64,000 bases of DNA from Terriglobia bacterium (GTDB lineage: Bacteria; Acidobacteriota; Terriglobia; 2-12-FULL-54-10): assembly GCA_963666975.2 (NCBI GenBank), contig CAXVYR010000004.1, positions 1,568,001 to 1,632,000 of the forward strand. The letters are read 5' to 3'. The notes under the pieces were generated by a model. It searched no databases, was not told where the DNA came from, and saw nothing but the letters and a program-made list of their open reading frames with translations. This document shows, piece by piece, positions 31,775 to 42,243 of the stretch. Numbering within the stretch: the first letter of the stretch is position 1; each line of letters begins with the position of its first letter. The translations under genes and the position numbers were made by a program.

Positions 31775-33364
31775 ATGCCGGATCAAGACATCTTCGACGT
31801 GATTGTGGTAGGGGCGGGAACCAGCGGAACCATACTGGCATCCCGCATTGCCGAGAACGGAGTGAACCCCAGCACGGGAGATCGCTTAAGGGTCGGTCTG
31901 TTTGAGGCCGGCCCCTATTACATGAAGGGAGGACCCCTGCAGCCCGGATTGGGAGATCCGTTACGCCGCCGGATGATCACGAATATCCAGACCGACGAAA
32001 CGGAACCTGCCCGGTGGTTCTATGATGGTTTCAACGTGAAGGCCGTGGGCGGTTGTTCCTTGCATTGGGGCTCGTTTGCGTATCTCCCCATTCCAAAGGA
32101 TTTCGCGAATTGGCAGAGTGCGACCGGCGTGAACTGGAGTGAGAAAACTTTTCAGGAGGCGATCGACGAAGCTGTCAAGATGTACCATGTCCATCCGCTA
32201 GACACCTATTTGTCAGATCCCCCTGAGCCAGGAAAGCTCAACAAAGGTGGCCGGATGTTTGCCCATGCTGCCGAAGCCTTGGGTCTTAAGGTCAACCTGC
32301 CGGAGGATCCTCGGGATAAAGGAATCCGAGGCGTAGCGCGAGTGAATTGTATCCTCTGCGGATATTGTGGGAGAGGGCATTACTGCAGGTACGATTCCAA
32401 GGTAACGGGGCTCCACTATTTGAAGCTCATTGGCGAGGAAAATGGTCTTGAGGTCATTCCGGATTCCGAGGTAGACCGCATCCTCATTGAAAGGCAAGGT
32501 GCTTCGTTTGTCGCAAAAGGAATTGCCTACACGCAGTCCGGAAGCAAGAAGGAGGCGCACGCTCCTCGCGTGATCGTCAGTTGCGGCACCACGGGGACTC
32601 CGGTGCTCCTGTATCGTTCCGGCTATGGTCCGAAGGATTTTGTGGGTCAGAAGTTAATCGTAGAGAATAACAATGTGGGACGCAATCTGGATGGCGATCT
32701 ATCCGGCGCTTCGCTGGACATCCCGGCGCTTTTTGAAGAGGACATCCATACAGAGGAAGGCGGTGCTTCCACTCTTCTGATCCATGAAGACGGAGACCGC
32801 AACAAACTGCTTCTTACCGGTGTCGGCGGTGTAAGATACACGACCCAGTACCCTGACCTGCTCGCCCTTTATCCCGTTGCTCCTGATTTCGGGTGGGAAC
32901 ACAAGGCCTATATGAAGACTGCGACGAAAAAGGTCGGCGTGTTGGGATTCGCGCTCAAAGCGCCGGTTTGGAACAAAGGCAGGGTGGGCATGCGCGGGGA
33001 ACACGTATACCGCCGCGATGACCCGGCGATTCTTGGTCAGATCCACAAGGGATGGCCGATCGCTCAGGAAATAATAAGGAAATTGATTCCACGGCCGATC
33101 CAGGTCGATGACGCGCCTCCACGCTCGTTCGCAATCCTCCATGAGGTGGGGACCTGCCGGGCGGGCGTCAGCAAGGAGAATTCTGTCGTAACACCGGATT
33201 TCGACTCTCACGATATCGAAAACTTGTTGATCTGTAGCGCGGCTGTCATTCCTTCCGGGAACCACACCCTGTCTCATATGCCCACTGTCTCGGTCAGCTG
33301 TTATGCATGGCGGCGAATGGTGGCCAATCACTTTACTCGGGGGGCGGCGCCTCTGAAACTCTAA
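31775..33364 (+). CDS. GMC oxidoreductase large subunit
   Basis: VVGAGTSG, AVGGCSLHW, Cys cluster CILCGYCGRGHYC, HEVGTCRAG. Confidence 0.88.
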   Translation: MPDQDIFDVIVVGAGTSGTILASRIAENGVNPSTGDRLRVGLFEAGPYYMKGGPLQPGLGDPLRRRMITNIQTDETEPARWFYDGFNVKAVGGCSLHWGSFAYLPIPKDFANWQSATGVNWSEKTFQEAIDEAVKMYHVHPLDTYLSDPPEPGKLNKGGRMFAHAAEALGLKVNLPEDPRDKGIRGVARVNCILCGYCGRGHYCRYDSKVTGLHYLKLIGEENGLEVIPDSEVDRILIERQGASFVAKGIAYTQSGSKKEAHAPRVIVSCGTTGTPVLLYRSGYGPKDFVGQKLIVENNNVGRNLDGDLSGASLDIPALFEEDIHTEEGGASTLLIHEDGDRNKLLLTGVGGVRYTTQYPDLLALYPVAPDFGWEHKAYMKTATKKVGVLGFALKAPVWNKGRVGMRGEHVYRRDDPAILGQIHKGWPIAQEIIRKLIPRPIQVDDAPPRSFAILHEVGTCRAGVSKENSVVTPDFDSHDIENLLICSAAVIPSGNHTLSHMPTVSVSCYAWRRMVANHFTRGAAPLKL

Positions 33365-33383
33365 CCGGAAGGGGCAAGAAACA

Positions 33384-33581
33384 ATGAAAAGGGAAGAAAA
33401 GAAAAAGGGCAGACGCGAATTCTTGAAGCGGTCGGCTCAAGCATTCGTTGTGGCGCCTGCTGCCGTCGCGTCTTTGCAACATCCCGGTCCAGAAGAAGAA
33501 GCGACGCAGATGACCGAAGAGCTTGCGCCGGGAGATCCCGGCTACCGGGACCCCGGAGAGTACGGCAGTATCTCTGAATAG
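33384..33581 (+). CDS. Small protein with twin-arginine leader
   Basis: GRREFLK plus hydrophobic stretch; in operon between GMC and Tat subunit. Confidence 0.55.
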   Translation: MKREEKKKGRREFLKRSAQAFVVAPAAVASLQHPGPEEEATQMTEELAPGDPGYRDPGEYGSISE

Positions 33582-33610
33582 AGGAGCGAGGAATAGAGGA
33601 GCGAGCCACG

Positions 33611-34282
33611 ATGCCCAACAAACGAACCAGCAGACGCAACTTCATTCGGAAGGCCGCCCTCGGAGCCGGCGCTCTGGTGCTCCCCGCTCAATCAACGCCA
33701 GCGGCGGCGGCGGCGGAACGATCAAGGATTCTTTCCGCTCTGGGAGACACGATCATTCCCTCCAAAACGGGCGATCCCGGCTTTAAGGACCTGGAAGCAC
33801 ACGGAATCACAGAGCAAGTGAACAAGACTCTCGCGGCGCTGAAGGATCCGTTGTTTGCCACCTTCAACGAGGCCAGCGCGCCTTTTTTCCAAGGTCGAAC
33901 GTTTGTCGAGTTGAATGAGAACGAACGCGCTGAGTTTTTGAAGAGGGTCATCCGCGGGGAGGGCTTCACGAATCCCTCCATTCGCTCTGTTGTCCAGCGC
34001 GTCTACAAGTTTGTTCGGATCACGGTGCTCCGGATCTACTACTCCAATTTCCCGGAGAACAAGGTTGCGCGGGATGCCGATGGAATTCCGTCCCAGAAGC
34101 CTGGAGATCTTCACCAGATCACGACCCCGAATACCACAAAGCTCGTCACGGGTTGGGATGTGGCCGGATATCGGGGTCCGCTGACGTGGGAACAAGAAGA
34201 ACGAATGAGAGCAGAAGTGCAGAAGGTTCACTGGCATGATGGCCTGGAAGATCTTGTGGTCCGTTACCGGCCGAAACCTTGA
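33611..34282 (+). CDS. Tat-exported gluconate-2-dehydrogenase subunit 3-like protein
   Basis: SRRNFIR leader, LGDTIIP, FVEL..R..FL, GWDVAGYRGP. Confidence 0.75.
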   Translation: MPNKRTSRRNFIRKAALGAGALVLPAQSTPAAAAAERSRILSALGDTIIPSKTGDPGFKDLEAHGITEQVNKTLAALKDPLFATFNEASAPFFQGRTFVELNENERAEFLKRVIRGEGFTNPSIRSVVQRVYKFVRITVLRIYYSNFPENKVARDADGIPSQKPGDLHQITTPNTTKLVTGWDVAGYRGPLTWEQEERMRAEVQKVHWHDGLEDLVVRYRPKP

Positions 34283-34333
34283 ATGCGAAGACCGGTCATC
34301 GCAAAAGCCGACGCCGGTTGCAGGAGGAACGCC

Positions 34334-34741
34334 ATGAAATCGAAAAGTTTGTGGACGGCAGTTTTGCTGGGCTTGTTGGTGGCGGTCTGGACGGGGGTTC
34401 CTGCGGCGTCACTCCATGCTCAGAAGATTCAAAACGATTCGGATGAGAAGCTGAATGCCTTTTTGCCGGACGACGAAGAAAAGGTGTTGGTTCTGGTGTA
34501 TTGTACCGTCTGTCACAGCGCGGCCGCCACCCAGGAAAGAATCGCCAGCCGGGCGGGAGGCGATCAGGAGTTTTGGACTAATTTAGTGAGGCGGATGATC
34601 ACTGTCTGGAATGCCCAGATTCCCGAAGAAGACGTAGATCCCATCGCTGCCTACTTGACAAAACATTTTGGACCCGCCGCCGCTCGCCAGGGGCAACAGG
34701 CGGAAACGAAAGAAAAAGAAGAGGCTGAAAAGAAACCATGA
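34334..34741 (+). CDS. Exported monohaem cytochrome c
   Basis: Signal peptide, CTVCH, W...V.RM, IAAYL..HFG. Confidence 0.85.
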   Translation: MKSKSLWTAVLLGLLVAVWTGVPAASLHAQKIQNDSDEKLNAFLPDDEEKVLVLVYCTVCHSAAATQERIASRAGGDQEFWTNLVRRMITVWNAQIPEEDVDPIAAYLTKHFGPAAARQGQQAETKEKEEAEKKP

Positions 34742-34764
34742 GATTCAGCAGCCTCCCCGGATTC

Positions 34765-36498
34765 TTATCCAGTGGCTGCAGCAGCGTGACGTGCCGCTAA
34801 GAATCCAAATGTCGCTCCGGACATGAGCGAATATCCCGCCTGATAGCCCACGCCCCAAATACGGCCGCCTGCGATCATCGAGCCGCAAGCGTACAAACCG
34901 GGAATCGGCTGATTTGTCGTGTAATGCACCACTTGCCCTTGGGGGTTGACCACCAACCTCATTGCCGCTCGAAAGGGATCGGGTGTCGCTAACTGAACCC
35001 CATAAAACGGTGGTTTCTCCACTGGGCCCAAACTCACTGGGTTGCGGTTGAAGTCCAAGTCCTTGCCCCGCCGATCATGCTGATTGAAGCGGCCCACGGT
35101 GGCTTCCAGCTTGCCTGCCGGCAACTCCAACTTCTGACCCAGCTCCGCAAGCGTTGTTCCCCGTGTCACCCAACCCAAGCCCTCCGTGTTCCCTGGCGGC
35201 AGGCCGGCAAAAGAGTATTTCTCCAGAAGGTTCTGGTCGAAGATGAGATAGCACGGGATATTATTAAAGCGATGCTCGCCCCGAGCGTCGAATTGGCAGA
35301 TTTTGGACCCGAGCTCCGGAAAGAAATACTCGTTGCCAAATCGTTCTCCGAACCGATTTACGACCAGGCTATGGCGCATCCGGAGTTCGTAATTTCCCCT
35401 GGTCACTTGAGACCCATCTGGACCCTTTTCACCTGGAACAGCAAGATTCGGCATCCCCACGATCACCACTTCAGTGGAAATCGTTCCTCCCGACGGGACG
35501 GCCAGTCGCCATCCGGGCTCGCCGGTCCTTGTTAACACGGTGCCTCCCGTTGCCAGCGCGACTCCTTTGTCAGCCCGGACGTTTTCCTGGTTTCCATTGC
35601 GGCTGACAGTTATTCCGGTCACACGCCCGCTCTCCACCAGTAATTCTCCGGCGCTGGCTTCGGTCCACACTTCAATTCCTCGCTCCAGCACTGCGCGGAA
35701 TAAATAGGCAGCCAGCGCAGCGCCAGCCACCCGCCGCTCTTCATCTTTTTTCAGCAGCCCGTCCAACCGAGACCCCAACCGTTCCCCCCAAAGCGCCAGG
35801 CCGCTCTCTGAATCGCGAATGGGACCCGAATGCCCCACCTGGGGTCCGTCGCTCCCTCCCAGAGCTGGATTGTGCTCCTGGTTCTCAAGGGCTTCCGATA
35901 GACCATGATGAAAGGCGGAGAGTCGGACCTTGTTGCGCCAGGCTCCCAGAGTCTCAGCGGGAAAGGGTTCGCAAATGACCAGACGCCCGTGGGGCTTGGA
36001 ACCCGGGGCGACCGGATGATAGAACTCCGGCAGGTCGAGCAGGCGAAATTGGATGTTTCCCTTTTGGTGGAGATATTCCAGAACCTCAGGGGCATGGTCC
36101 ACAAAAGTCTCGCTGTATGACGGGAGGCTGTAGCCGGCGCTGGTGTAGCGGAGGTAATTCAGGGCTTGTTCCTGCGAGTCTTCGATCCCAGCCTGTTTCA
36201 TCAGGTAGTTGTTGGGCGCCCAAATGATTCCGCCTGATTGAGAGGTCGTGCCCCCGATGGCCGCTTTCTTTTCCAGAAGCAGCACTCGGAAACCCCGGTC
36301 ATGGCCGGCAATTGCGGCGGTGCAACCTGCAACGCCTGAGCCTACACAGATCCAATCGAACGAAGAGGACCATTCTCTCCTCACGGGAGTCGAACAACCG
36401 ACTGCCGAGACGGTGGTAGCCGCTGCTGCGGCGAGGGCTCCTCCTCCCAATCCCTGAATGAATTTTCTTCTGGATTTCGGTGCCGGAGATTTCTTCAT
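34765..36498 (-). CDS. Tat-exported FAD-dependent oxidoreductase (3-ketosteroid dehydrogenase/flavocytochrome c-like)
   Basis: SRRKFIQ leader, GSGVAG, GGTTSQSGG, VNRFGERFGNE, IPGLYACG. Confidence 0.87.
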   Translation of the reverse strand: MKKSPAPKSRRKFIQGLGGGALAAAAATTVSAVGCSTPVRREWSSSFDWICVGSGVAGCTAAIAGHDRGFRVLLLEKKAAIGGTTSQSGGIIWAPNNYLMKQAGIEDSQEQALNYLRYTSAGYSLPSYSETFVDHAPEVLEYLHQKGNIQFRLLDLPEFYHPVAPGSKPHGRLVICEPFPAETLGAWRNKVRLSAFHHGLSEALENQEHNPALGGSDGPQVGHSGPIRDSESGLALWGERLGSRLDGLLKKDEERRVAGAALAAYLFRAVLERGIEVWTEASAGELLVESGRVTGITVSRNGNQENVRADKGVALATGGTVLTRTGEPGWRLAVPSGGTISTEVVIVGMPNLAVPGEKGPDGSQVTRGNYELRMRHSLVVNRFGERFGNEYFFPELGSKICQFDARGEHRFNNIPCYLIFDQNLLEKYSFAGLPPGNTEGLGWVTRGTTLAELGQKLELPAGKLEATVGRFNQHDRRGKDLDFNRNPVSLGPVEKPPFYGVQLATPDPFRAAMRLVVNPQGQVVHYTTNQPIPGLYACGSMIAGGRIWGVGYQAGYSLMSGATFGFLAARHAAAATG

Positions 36499-36553
36499 TG
36501 TTTTCTCCTCCGTGGCTACTCGCAGCGGAGCGAAGAGCAACGATCCACGACGA

Positions 36554-36636
36554 GGCTTGTCCCGAGCGAAGTCGAGGGAAAAGCGCTCCCTTCGGCAATC
36601 CCTCGGCTTCGCTCGGGACATGGCTCAGGGCAGGCT
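36554..36636. repeat. REP cluster, one unit nested in another
   Basis: GCTTGTCCCGAGCGAAGTCGAGGGA; CCCTTCGGCAA[TCCCTCGGCTTCGCTCGGGACA]TGGCTCAGGGCAGGC. Confidence 0.7.
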
Positions 36637-36688
36637 GTCGTGGCTACCACTGCCCAATATACACCAACGAGGGAAATGCTCTAGCCCA

Positions 36689-36730
36689 TTCACGGCAGCA
36701 ACGGGGGTTCAAATCCCCCTGGGGACGCCA
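36689..36730 (+). repeat. attR: 3' fragment of tRNA-Glu
   Basis: 40 of 42 nt identical to 21082-21123. Confidence 0.9.
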
Positions 36731-36761
36731 TTTTTCTGCAAGACGTTGGAAGAGGTCAATC

Positions 36762-37583
36762 TCAGAGAGGTTGCTTGGCCCGGATCTTCTTTGCGCGGGC
36801 CTCCAGATTTTCTGCCTCTTCGTCACGGCCCATTTCCCGCAGCAGGGCAGCGTAGTTCTCCAGGATGGGAGCCACGTTGAGATGTTCCGGCCCGAGTTCT
36901 TTTTCCCAGATCGCCAGGGCACGCCTGAAATTCGGTTCTGCTTCCTCGAACTTCCGCTGGGTAACAAGTAGCATCGCCAGCTTGTTCAAGCCAATGGCCA
37001 CGTTCGGATGCTCCGGGCCGAGAACTTTCTGCAGGATGGCCACCGAACGGGCGGCCAGCGGCTCGGCTGCCGCGTAGTTCCCTTGAGCCTGGTACACGGA
37101 CGCCAGATTGCCGAGGCTTAAGGCGACGTCGGGATGTTCCGGCCCGAGGGCTTTTTCCCAGATCGCCAGCGAGCGCTGGAACAGCGGCTCGGCCTTCGCA
37201 TACTTGCCCTGGGCGAGATACAGCGCCCCCAGGTTGTTGACGCCGGGAGCCACGTTGGGATGGTCCGGACCGAGTACCGCCTCGGCGATGGCCAGCGCCC
37301 TTTCATACAGCGGTTCGGCCTCTGCGTACTTGCCCTGGGAATTGTACAGCCCTGCCAGGTTGTTGAGGCTCTGGGCCATGCGGGGGTCCTCCGGCCCGAA
37401 CTTTTCCGCTTCCCCGACGGCGGCGAAAAACTGCTTTTCGGCTTCCGTGTTGTTGCCTAGTTGATAGGCTTCCATGCCGGCGTTGATGTGCTGTTCCCAG
37501 AGATCGGCTGGGGCGAATGCTTGTGCAGATAACAGCACCCCGAAAAAAACTCCCGGCAGAGACAACCGTGCAACCATGCGCAT
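36762..37583 (-). CDS. Exported TPR protein (kinesin-light-chain-like repeats)
   Basis: Repeats of LGPEHP.VA..LNNLA.LY..QG.YA.AEPL. Confidence 0.92.
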   Translation of the reverse strand: MRMVARLSLPGVFFGVLLSAQAFAPADLWEQHINAGMEAYQLGNNTEAEKQFFAAVGEAEKFGPEDPRMAQSLNNLAGLYNSQGKYAEAEPLYERALAIAEAVLGPDHPNVAPGVNNLGALYLAQGKYAKAEPLFQRSLAIWEKALGPEHPDVALSLGNLASVYQAQGNYAAAEPLAARSVAILQKVLGPEHPNVAIGLNKLAMLLVTQRKFEEAEPNFRRALAIWEKELGPEHLNVAPILENYAALLREMGRDEEAENLEARAKKIRAKQPL

Positions 37584-37694
37584 GCAGCCCCTTTACTTCA
37601 GCAACTATTTTCCCCCGACTTCTGGAGAAAGCGGATAGCAAACCTCCCTTTGTTTATAAACGTCTTTGCAATTGAACTCAAGAGCGTTCGTGAC

Positions 37695-37732
37695 GCAGCA
37701 ACGGGGAAGTAAATCTCCCTGGGAACGCCATT
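37695..37732 (+). repeat. Degenerate second tRNA-Glu 3' fragment (older att)
   Basis: GCAGCAACGGGGAAGTAAATCTCCCTGGGAACGCCATT aligns with 36695-36732. Confidence 0.65.
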
Positions 37733-37765
37733 CTTCTATTGCCCTTTTTGCAGATCAAGCCGAAT

Positions 37766-37907
37766 GGGTCTGTGTGAAAACCATCAGAGCCGCGACCGTG
37801 AGGGAGCGGTCAACCCAGCTGTAGATGCCCACTGATCGTTCGGGGTCCGCTTGCTAACGCGCGCGGCTCGGATTGCTTTGTCTGCGCCGTAGCTTTCACA
37901 CAAGCTC
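37766..37907. mobile_element. 142-bp MITE enclosing a REP doublet
   Basis: TIRs GGGTCTGTGTGAAAA / GAGCTTGTGTGAAAG (11/15), flanking GAAT duplication, internal GAGCCGCGACCGTGAGGGAGCGG..CCGCTTGCTAACGCGCGCGGCTC. Confidence 0.7.
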
Positions 37908-38071
37908 GAATGGCTTTCTATAGGCGGGGAAAAGGGTGGAGTCATCCACTGCACAGTGCAAAAGGTGCGACCCGGAGGAATACGTGGTGCTCGACGGAGT
38001 TTTACCTGAAACATCCGCTCAATTTGCGGGTGCAAAAAACCTAGCTGTCGTGAGGTGACCGGTCCACTTAT

Positions 38072-39595
38072 TTAGATGGCCCTGGAAGCTCGTTCTTCCT
38101 GCGGAGTAATACCGGCGAGTTGTTCACGGGGCATGGTGAAAGAAAAGCGGCTGCCTTTTCCGATTGCGCTCTCCACCGAGATCTTCCCGCCGTGCAGTTC
38201 CACCAACTGCTTCACGATGCTCAGTCCCAGACCGGTGCCCTCCTTGATGCCGCCCGTAGTCTCACCCACTTGCTGGAAAGCTTGAAAAATAGCTCTTTGG
38301 TCTTCGGCGCGGATTCCTATCCCTGTGTCGCCCACCGTCAGCCGCACCGCCGCTTCTTCCGGCTTCGCCGCGACCCATACCCGGCCTCCTTCCGGAGTGA
38401 ACTTCTGCGCATTGCTCAATAGGTTGAAAACGATCTGCTTGAGCCGCACCCGGTCTGCCCACACCGTCAGTCCAGCTTCTACTTCGCTTTGGATCACGAG
38501 TTTCTTCATCTCCATCAGCGGGCGGACCGCCGTGAGCACCTCCTCTATCGCCGGCTTCAGATCGATATAGCGCCCGTTGAGGCTGATATTCCCGCCCTCA
38601 ATTTTTGTCAAATCCAGAATGTCGTTGATCAGCGCCAGCAGGTGCTCGGAGGACATTTGAACGTTTTGGAGGAAACGCTCCTGCTTGGGGGTCAACGGAC
38701 CGCCCGCTTGCCTGGCCATGAGTTCCGTAAACCCGGCTATCGAGTTCAGCGGAGTCCGCAACTCGTGGCTCATGCTCGCCAGGAAGGCGCTCTTGCTGCG
38801 GCTGGCGGCCTCCGCAGCATCTTTCGCGGTCTCCAACTCGCGCGTGCGCTCTTTGATTCGCTCTTCCAGCACGTTCTGGGATTTCCTGAGCTGTTGATCT
38901 TGATCGTAAATTTGGTCCATCATCTCGTTGAAGCGGTCCACCAGCATTCCCAGCTCGTCTCCCGTCTGTTTGACGGCTCGGATGGCGTAGTTTTTTTCCT
39001 CCGAAACCCGGCTGGCAACTTCTGCCAGACCTATCACCGGCGCAGAGATGAAGCGTTGCAGGAACGAGGACACCAGCAGTACAACCAGCGAGGAAAGCAG
39101 CAGGACAACGGCGAAAATTTCCCCGTAGGTCTTCATTCGGGAGGATAGCTCTTCCATCGCGCTCTTTAGATACAATGTGCCGACCTGCTCTCCATTCAGC
39201 AACACGGCGGAAGTAAGGGTCACCGAATTGCGTGCCACTTCGGTTCCCTGGGACGGTGGTCTGGAAGGAATCGCATCGCCCGAGCCTTGGCGCAGGTAGG
39301 AGGAGAACACCCTGCCTTCGCGGTCGTAGATGACGCCCGCAATCACTCTGGGGTCTCCTCGCAGAGCCGCCAGCACCTCGCTCCCCGTCCTCTCATCGTC
39401 AAAGGCGAGCGCCGGACCCGAGTTTTCCGCGATCAGTTGGGCGACGGTGGACAGTTCCTGTTCGGCGTTCCGGCGATAGGCGTTCAGTTCGTAGAGGAGA
39501 AAGCCCGTGCAGGCGATCAGCAGCGCGATGCCGGTTGTGATCATGATGATGACAACCATCTTTCTGCGAATCGGAAGATTTTGCAGCAGGCCCAC
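38072..39595 (-). CDS. Membrane sensor histidine kinase (periplasmic sensor-HAMP-HisKA-HATPase)
   Basis: 2 TM segments, [30 protein letters not shown]. Confidence 0.93.
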   Translation of the reverse strand: MGLLQNLPIRRKMVVIIMITTGIALLIACTGFLLYELNAYRRNAEQELSTVAQLIAENSGPALAFDDERTGSEVLAALRGDPRVIAGVIYDREGRVFSSYLRQGSGDAIPSRPPSQGTEVARNSVTLTSAVLLNGEQVGTLYLKSAMEELSSRMKTYGEIFAVVLLLSSLVVLLVSSFLQRFISAPVIGLAEVASRVSEEKNYAIRAVKQTGDELGMLVDRFNEMMDQIYDQDQQLRKSQNVLEERIKERTRELETAKDAAEAASRSKSAFLASMSHELRTPLNSIAGFTELMARQAGGPLTPKQERFLQNVQMSSEHLLALINDILDLTKIEGGNISLNGRYIDLKPAIEEVLTAVRPLMEMKKLVIQSEVEAGLTVWADRVRLKQIVFNLLSNAQKFTPEGGRVWVAAKPEEAAVRLTVGDTGIGIRAEDQRAIFQAFQQVGETTGGIKEGTGLGLSIVKQLVELHGGKISVESAIGKGSRFSFTMPREQLAGITPQEERASRAI

Positions 39596-39596
39596 C

Positions 39597-40214
39597 TCAG
39601 TTCCTCCCACTCGCGGCGCTCTGGCCGCGCACTGTGGCCAGCCGGAGCAGTCTCGAGCTGATTTCCAACCCTGCCTGTTTGGCGGCGTCCAGGTTGATTT
39701 CAAAGCGAACTTTGCCGCTCTCGATCTTGAATCCAATCATCCCGCCGGTTTCAGCGAACCGTTCCATGTCGCCCACCGTAAGAATGCCCATATCGCGGGC
39801 CGCCTCGGCGATGTCGCTCATGCGAGGCCTTTCCGACCGCGACACCAAAAGAATATGGGAGGGCTCGAGTTCCGATAGCTCGGTGAACCGTCTGATTTCT
39901 ATTTCACGACCCTGCACGCTCTTGCCGTCGAAGGTTCTTTCCAGAATCGGCCCGAACGGGTCTCTCCCCAGCACTGCCACCACGAACGGCGCGTTGTCTC
40001 GGTCCTCCGGCCATTGGACGAACGAAAGGAAATGAAACAGCATCGAGGCTTTGACTTCATAGGCGAGCGCCTCATCGGCATCCTGGGCGGAAAGCTGAGC
40101 GGCCGTTGCCGCTGGAACGGGATTCGAGAGCAGAAAGACCAGTGCCAGCCATGCAGGCACGTGGCGCAAGCATCGTCGTCTGCTGACCGTTCGTATTGAT
40201 ATCAATTTATCCAC
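39597..40214 (-). CDS. YfiR family (DUF4154) periplasmic protein
   Basis: [44 protein letters not shown]. Confidence 0.9.
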   Translation of the reverse strand: MDKLISIRTVSRRRCLRHVPAWLALVFLLSNPVPAATAAQLSAQDADEALAYEVKASMLFHFLSFVQWPEDRDNAPFVVAVLGRDPFGPILERTFDGKSVQGREIEIRRFTELSELEPSHILLVSRSERPRMSDIAEAARDMGILTVGDMERFAETGGMIGFKIESGKVRFEINLDAAKQAGLEISSRLLRLATVRGQSAASGRN

Positions 40215-40217
40215 GCT

Positions 40218-42229
40218 TCAAAACGTCCACGAAAATTTTGCATACAGGCCCCGTTTCACCTGGGTTGGCTCAGGGCCGGTAATATCTCTAAATTCCTGGT
40301 GCCGCGGCTTGAGCAGATTCTGGAACACCAAGCTCAGGAAAAGGCGTTCCGTGGGCCGCCATCCCAGCAGGCTGTCCAGCCGCGTGTAGCCGGGAATATC
40401 CAAGCTGGGTAGGCGGCTGACAAAGTACAGGTGCGTGTCCCACTCCAGGTTGGAGGGCAGGTCCAGGGAAGACCAAAGCTGCGCCTGGTGTTCCGGGCTG
40501 TCTCCCTCTCTATCTACCTCGCGCGCTGCATCCACGCTGGTGGGTTGGCGGTGCAATTGGATGTCCAGCCAGGAATAATTCGCCCTCCATTTCCAACGGC
40601 TGGCTGCCTGCCAGACGGCGGTGGCTTCCAGGCCATAGGTTTCTCCCTCCAACTGGCCATCGATACGCAACGGAACTACCAAGTGGGGTGGCGGTGGAGT
40701 GCTTTCGAAAAAAGGGCGCTCTGGCTCGCTGGAGCGGAGATCGCTGTAGAGGTTGTAAAAGGCGCCACATCCAGCGAGACGTCCGGCGTCGGTTGATAGC
40801 GGTATCCAAGCTCGTAGGCCAGGATGTTTTCCGATTCCACGTCCCGGTTTCCTAACAGGGAGAGAATTGTTAACGGTCCTTGAGGATTGGGGATCACCGC
40901 GAGCCGGACTCGAGCGTCTTCAATGAAGCGGTTTGGGGTCCGGACTGCCCGCGTGACCGCAGCCCAGCCCGTCTGGCGGAGGTTCGGCGTCCACGCCAGC
41001 CGCACGCTCGGCTGAATTTCAAATCCCGTGGAATCATTCTCTTCAAATTTGGAGCCAATGCTCAAGCTGAGACGGTTGGGGAGAAGCTCGATCTGGTCTT
41101 CCACGAATCCGCTGAAGAGATGGTCAACTCGTTCGTTCGGACTAAAGGTGAGCACAAAACTATTTTGGATGTCATCTTTGATGCGTCGGTATCTGGTTCC
41201 CCAGACGAAGTTGTGCCGTTCTCCCCACGAAAACTGGTGCTGGAAGTCCAGGTCGAAATTATTCCGGACTTCTCCGAGCAAGAGTTGTTTTCGCTCGGCG
41301 CGGTCGTAGTAGAGCTGAAGTTGCGTTGTGGAAGTGGCGGAATAGTTGCGCTGCCAGCGGCCCAGCAGGTACCCGCCGTTGAGTTCCCGGCGCTCATCTG
41401 CGGTGGAGAGAAAAGGAGGGGAGATGGTGGCAAAGTCCTGGGTTGCGCCGGCGTCGGTGTCATAAATATCTCCTTGCAGGGTCAGCGAATCGCCGCCTGC
41501 CGGGGCCCAATCCATGCGGAACCCCCCGCGCAAAGAGTCCCAATCGTCGGCTCCTTCCCTGCCATCCAGGCGGGTCAAGCCGTCCCGGTTGAAATACTTG
41601 CCATAAACGCGATAAAAAGCCTGCTGGCCGATTTGTCCGCCATACCGCACGCCTCCAAAGCCTTTTTCCACGGACCCTGAACCGCCGGTGAGGAGCCCTC
41701 CTTGGGTATCCTCTGCGCGTTTGGTGATGATGTTGATCACGCCGTTGGTCGCGTTCGCGCCCCACAACGTCGCCCCGGGCCCGCGAATCACCTCGATCCG
41801 CTCCACGTCTTCCAGCAGCATGTCCTGCACATCCCAGTTCACTCCCGCAAACAAGGGGGAGTACACATTCCTGCCATCGATCAAAACCAAAACCTTGTTC
41901 GCAAACAAACCGTTGAAGCCGCGGGAACTGATCGCCCATTGACTGGAGTTCAACTGCGCCACATTGAGGCCCGGAACGCGACGCAACGCTTCCGGAATGC
42001 TGGTGGCCCCAGAGCGGCGAATCTCCTCCTGGGTAAGCACGTAAATTGCCGCCGGGGTCTCCGACAAGGTTTGCCTTCTTTTCCCCACGGTGCTGACCTC
42101 GACCATCATCAATTCTTCCAGGCTCAATTGGGTGAAGTCCTGAGCAGCCCAAGCCTCCACTTGGAATTCGTTCCATACCAGTCCCGGAAGCCCTGGAAGT
42201 ACCAGCCACAGGCAAATTGCCAGCCTCAT
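40218..42229 (-). pseudogene. TonB-dependent receptor with 1-bp frameshift near 40763
   Basis: Plug (LSLEELM, VERIEVIRGPG) and barrel; adding one base gives DVAxFYNLYSDLRS and joins ORF 40218-40682 ending WTF. Confidence 0.85.
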
Positions 42230-42243
42230 GGCTTGACCCTAAC
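42086..42243. repeat. ~157-bp direct repeat (5' end of TBDR), partner of 46523-46681
   Basis: Both encode RLAICLWL..PGLV..EFQVEAWAAQDFTQLSLEELMMVEVSTV. Confidence 0.85.

Larger units (their letters stand above)
21124..36730. mobile_element. tRNA-Glu-integrated genomic island (immobilised)
   Basis: Bounded by the tRNA 3' end and its 42-nt copy at 36689-36730; integrase relic at the tRNA-proximal end. Confidence 0.7.

Noticed and set aside
36689-36730. Second tRNA-Glu gene
   Set aside because: Only the 3' half is present; no D-arm or 5' acceptor strand, so it is an att site.
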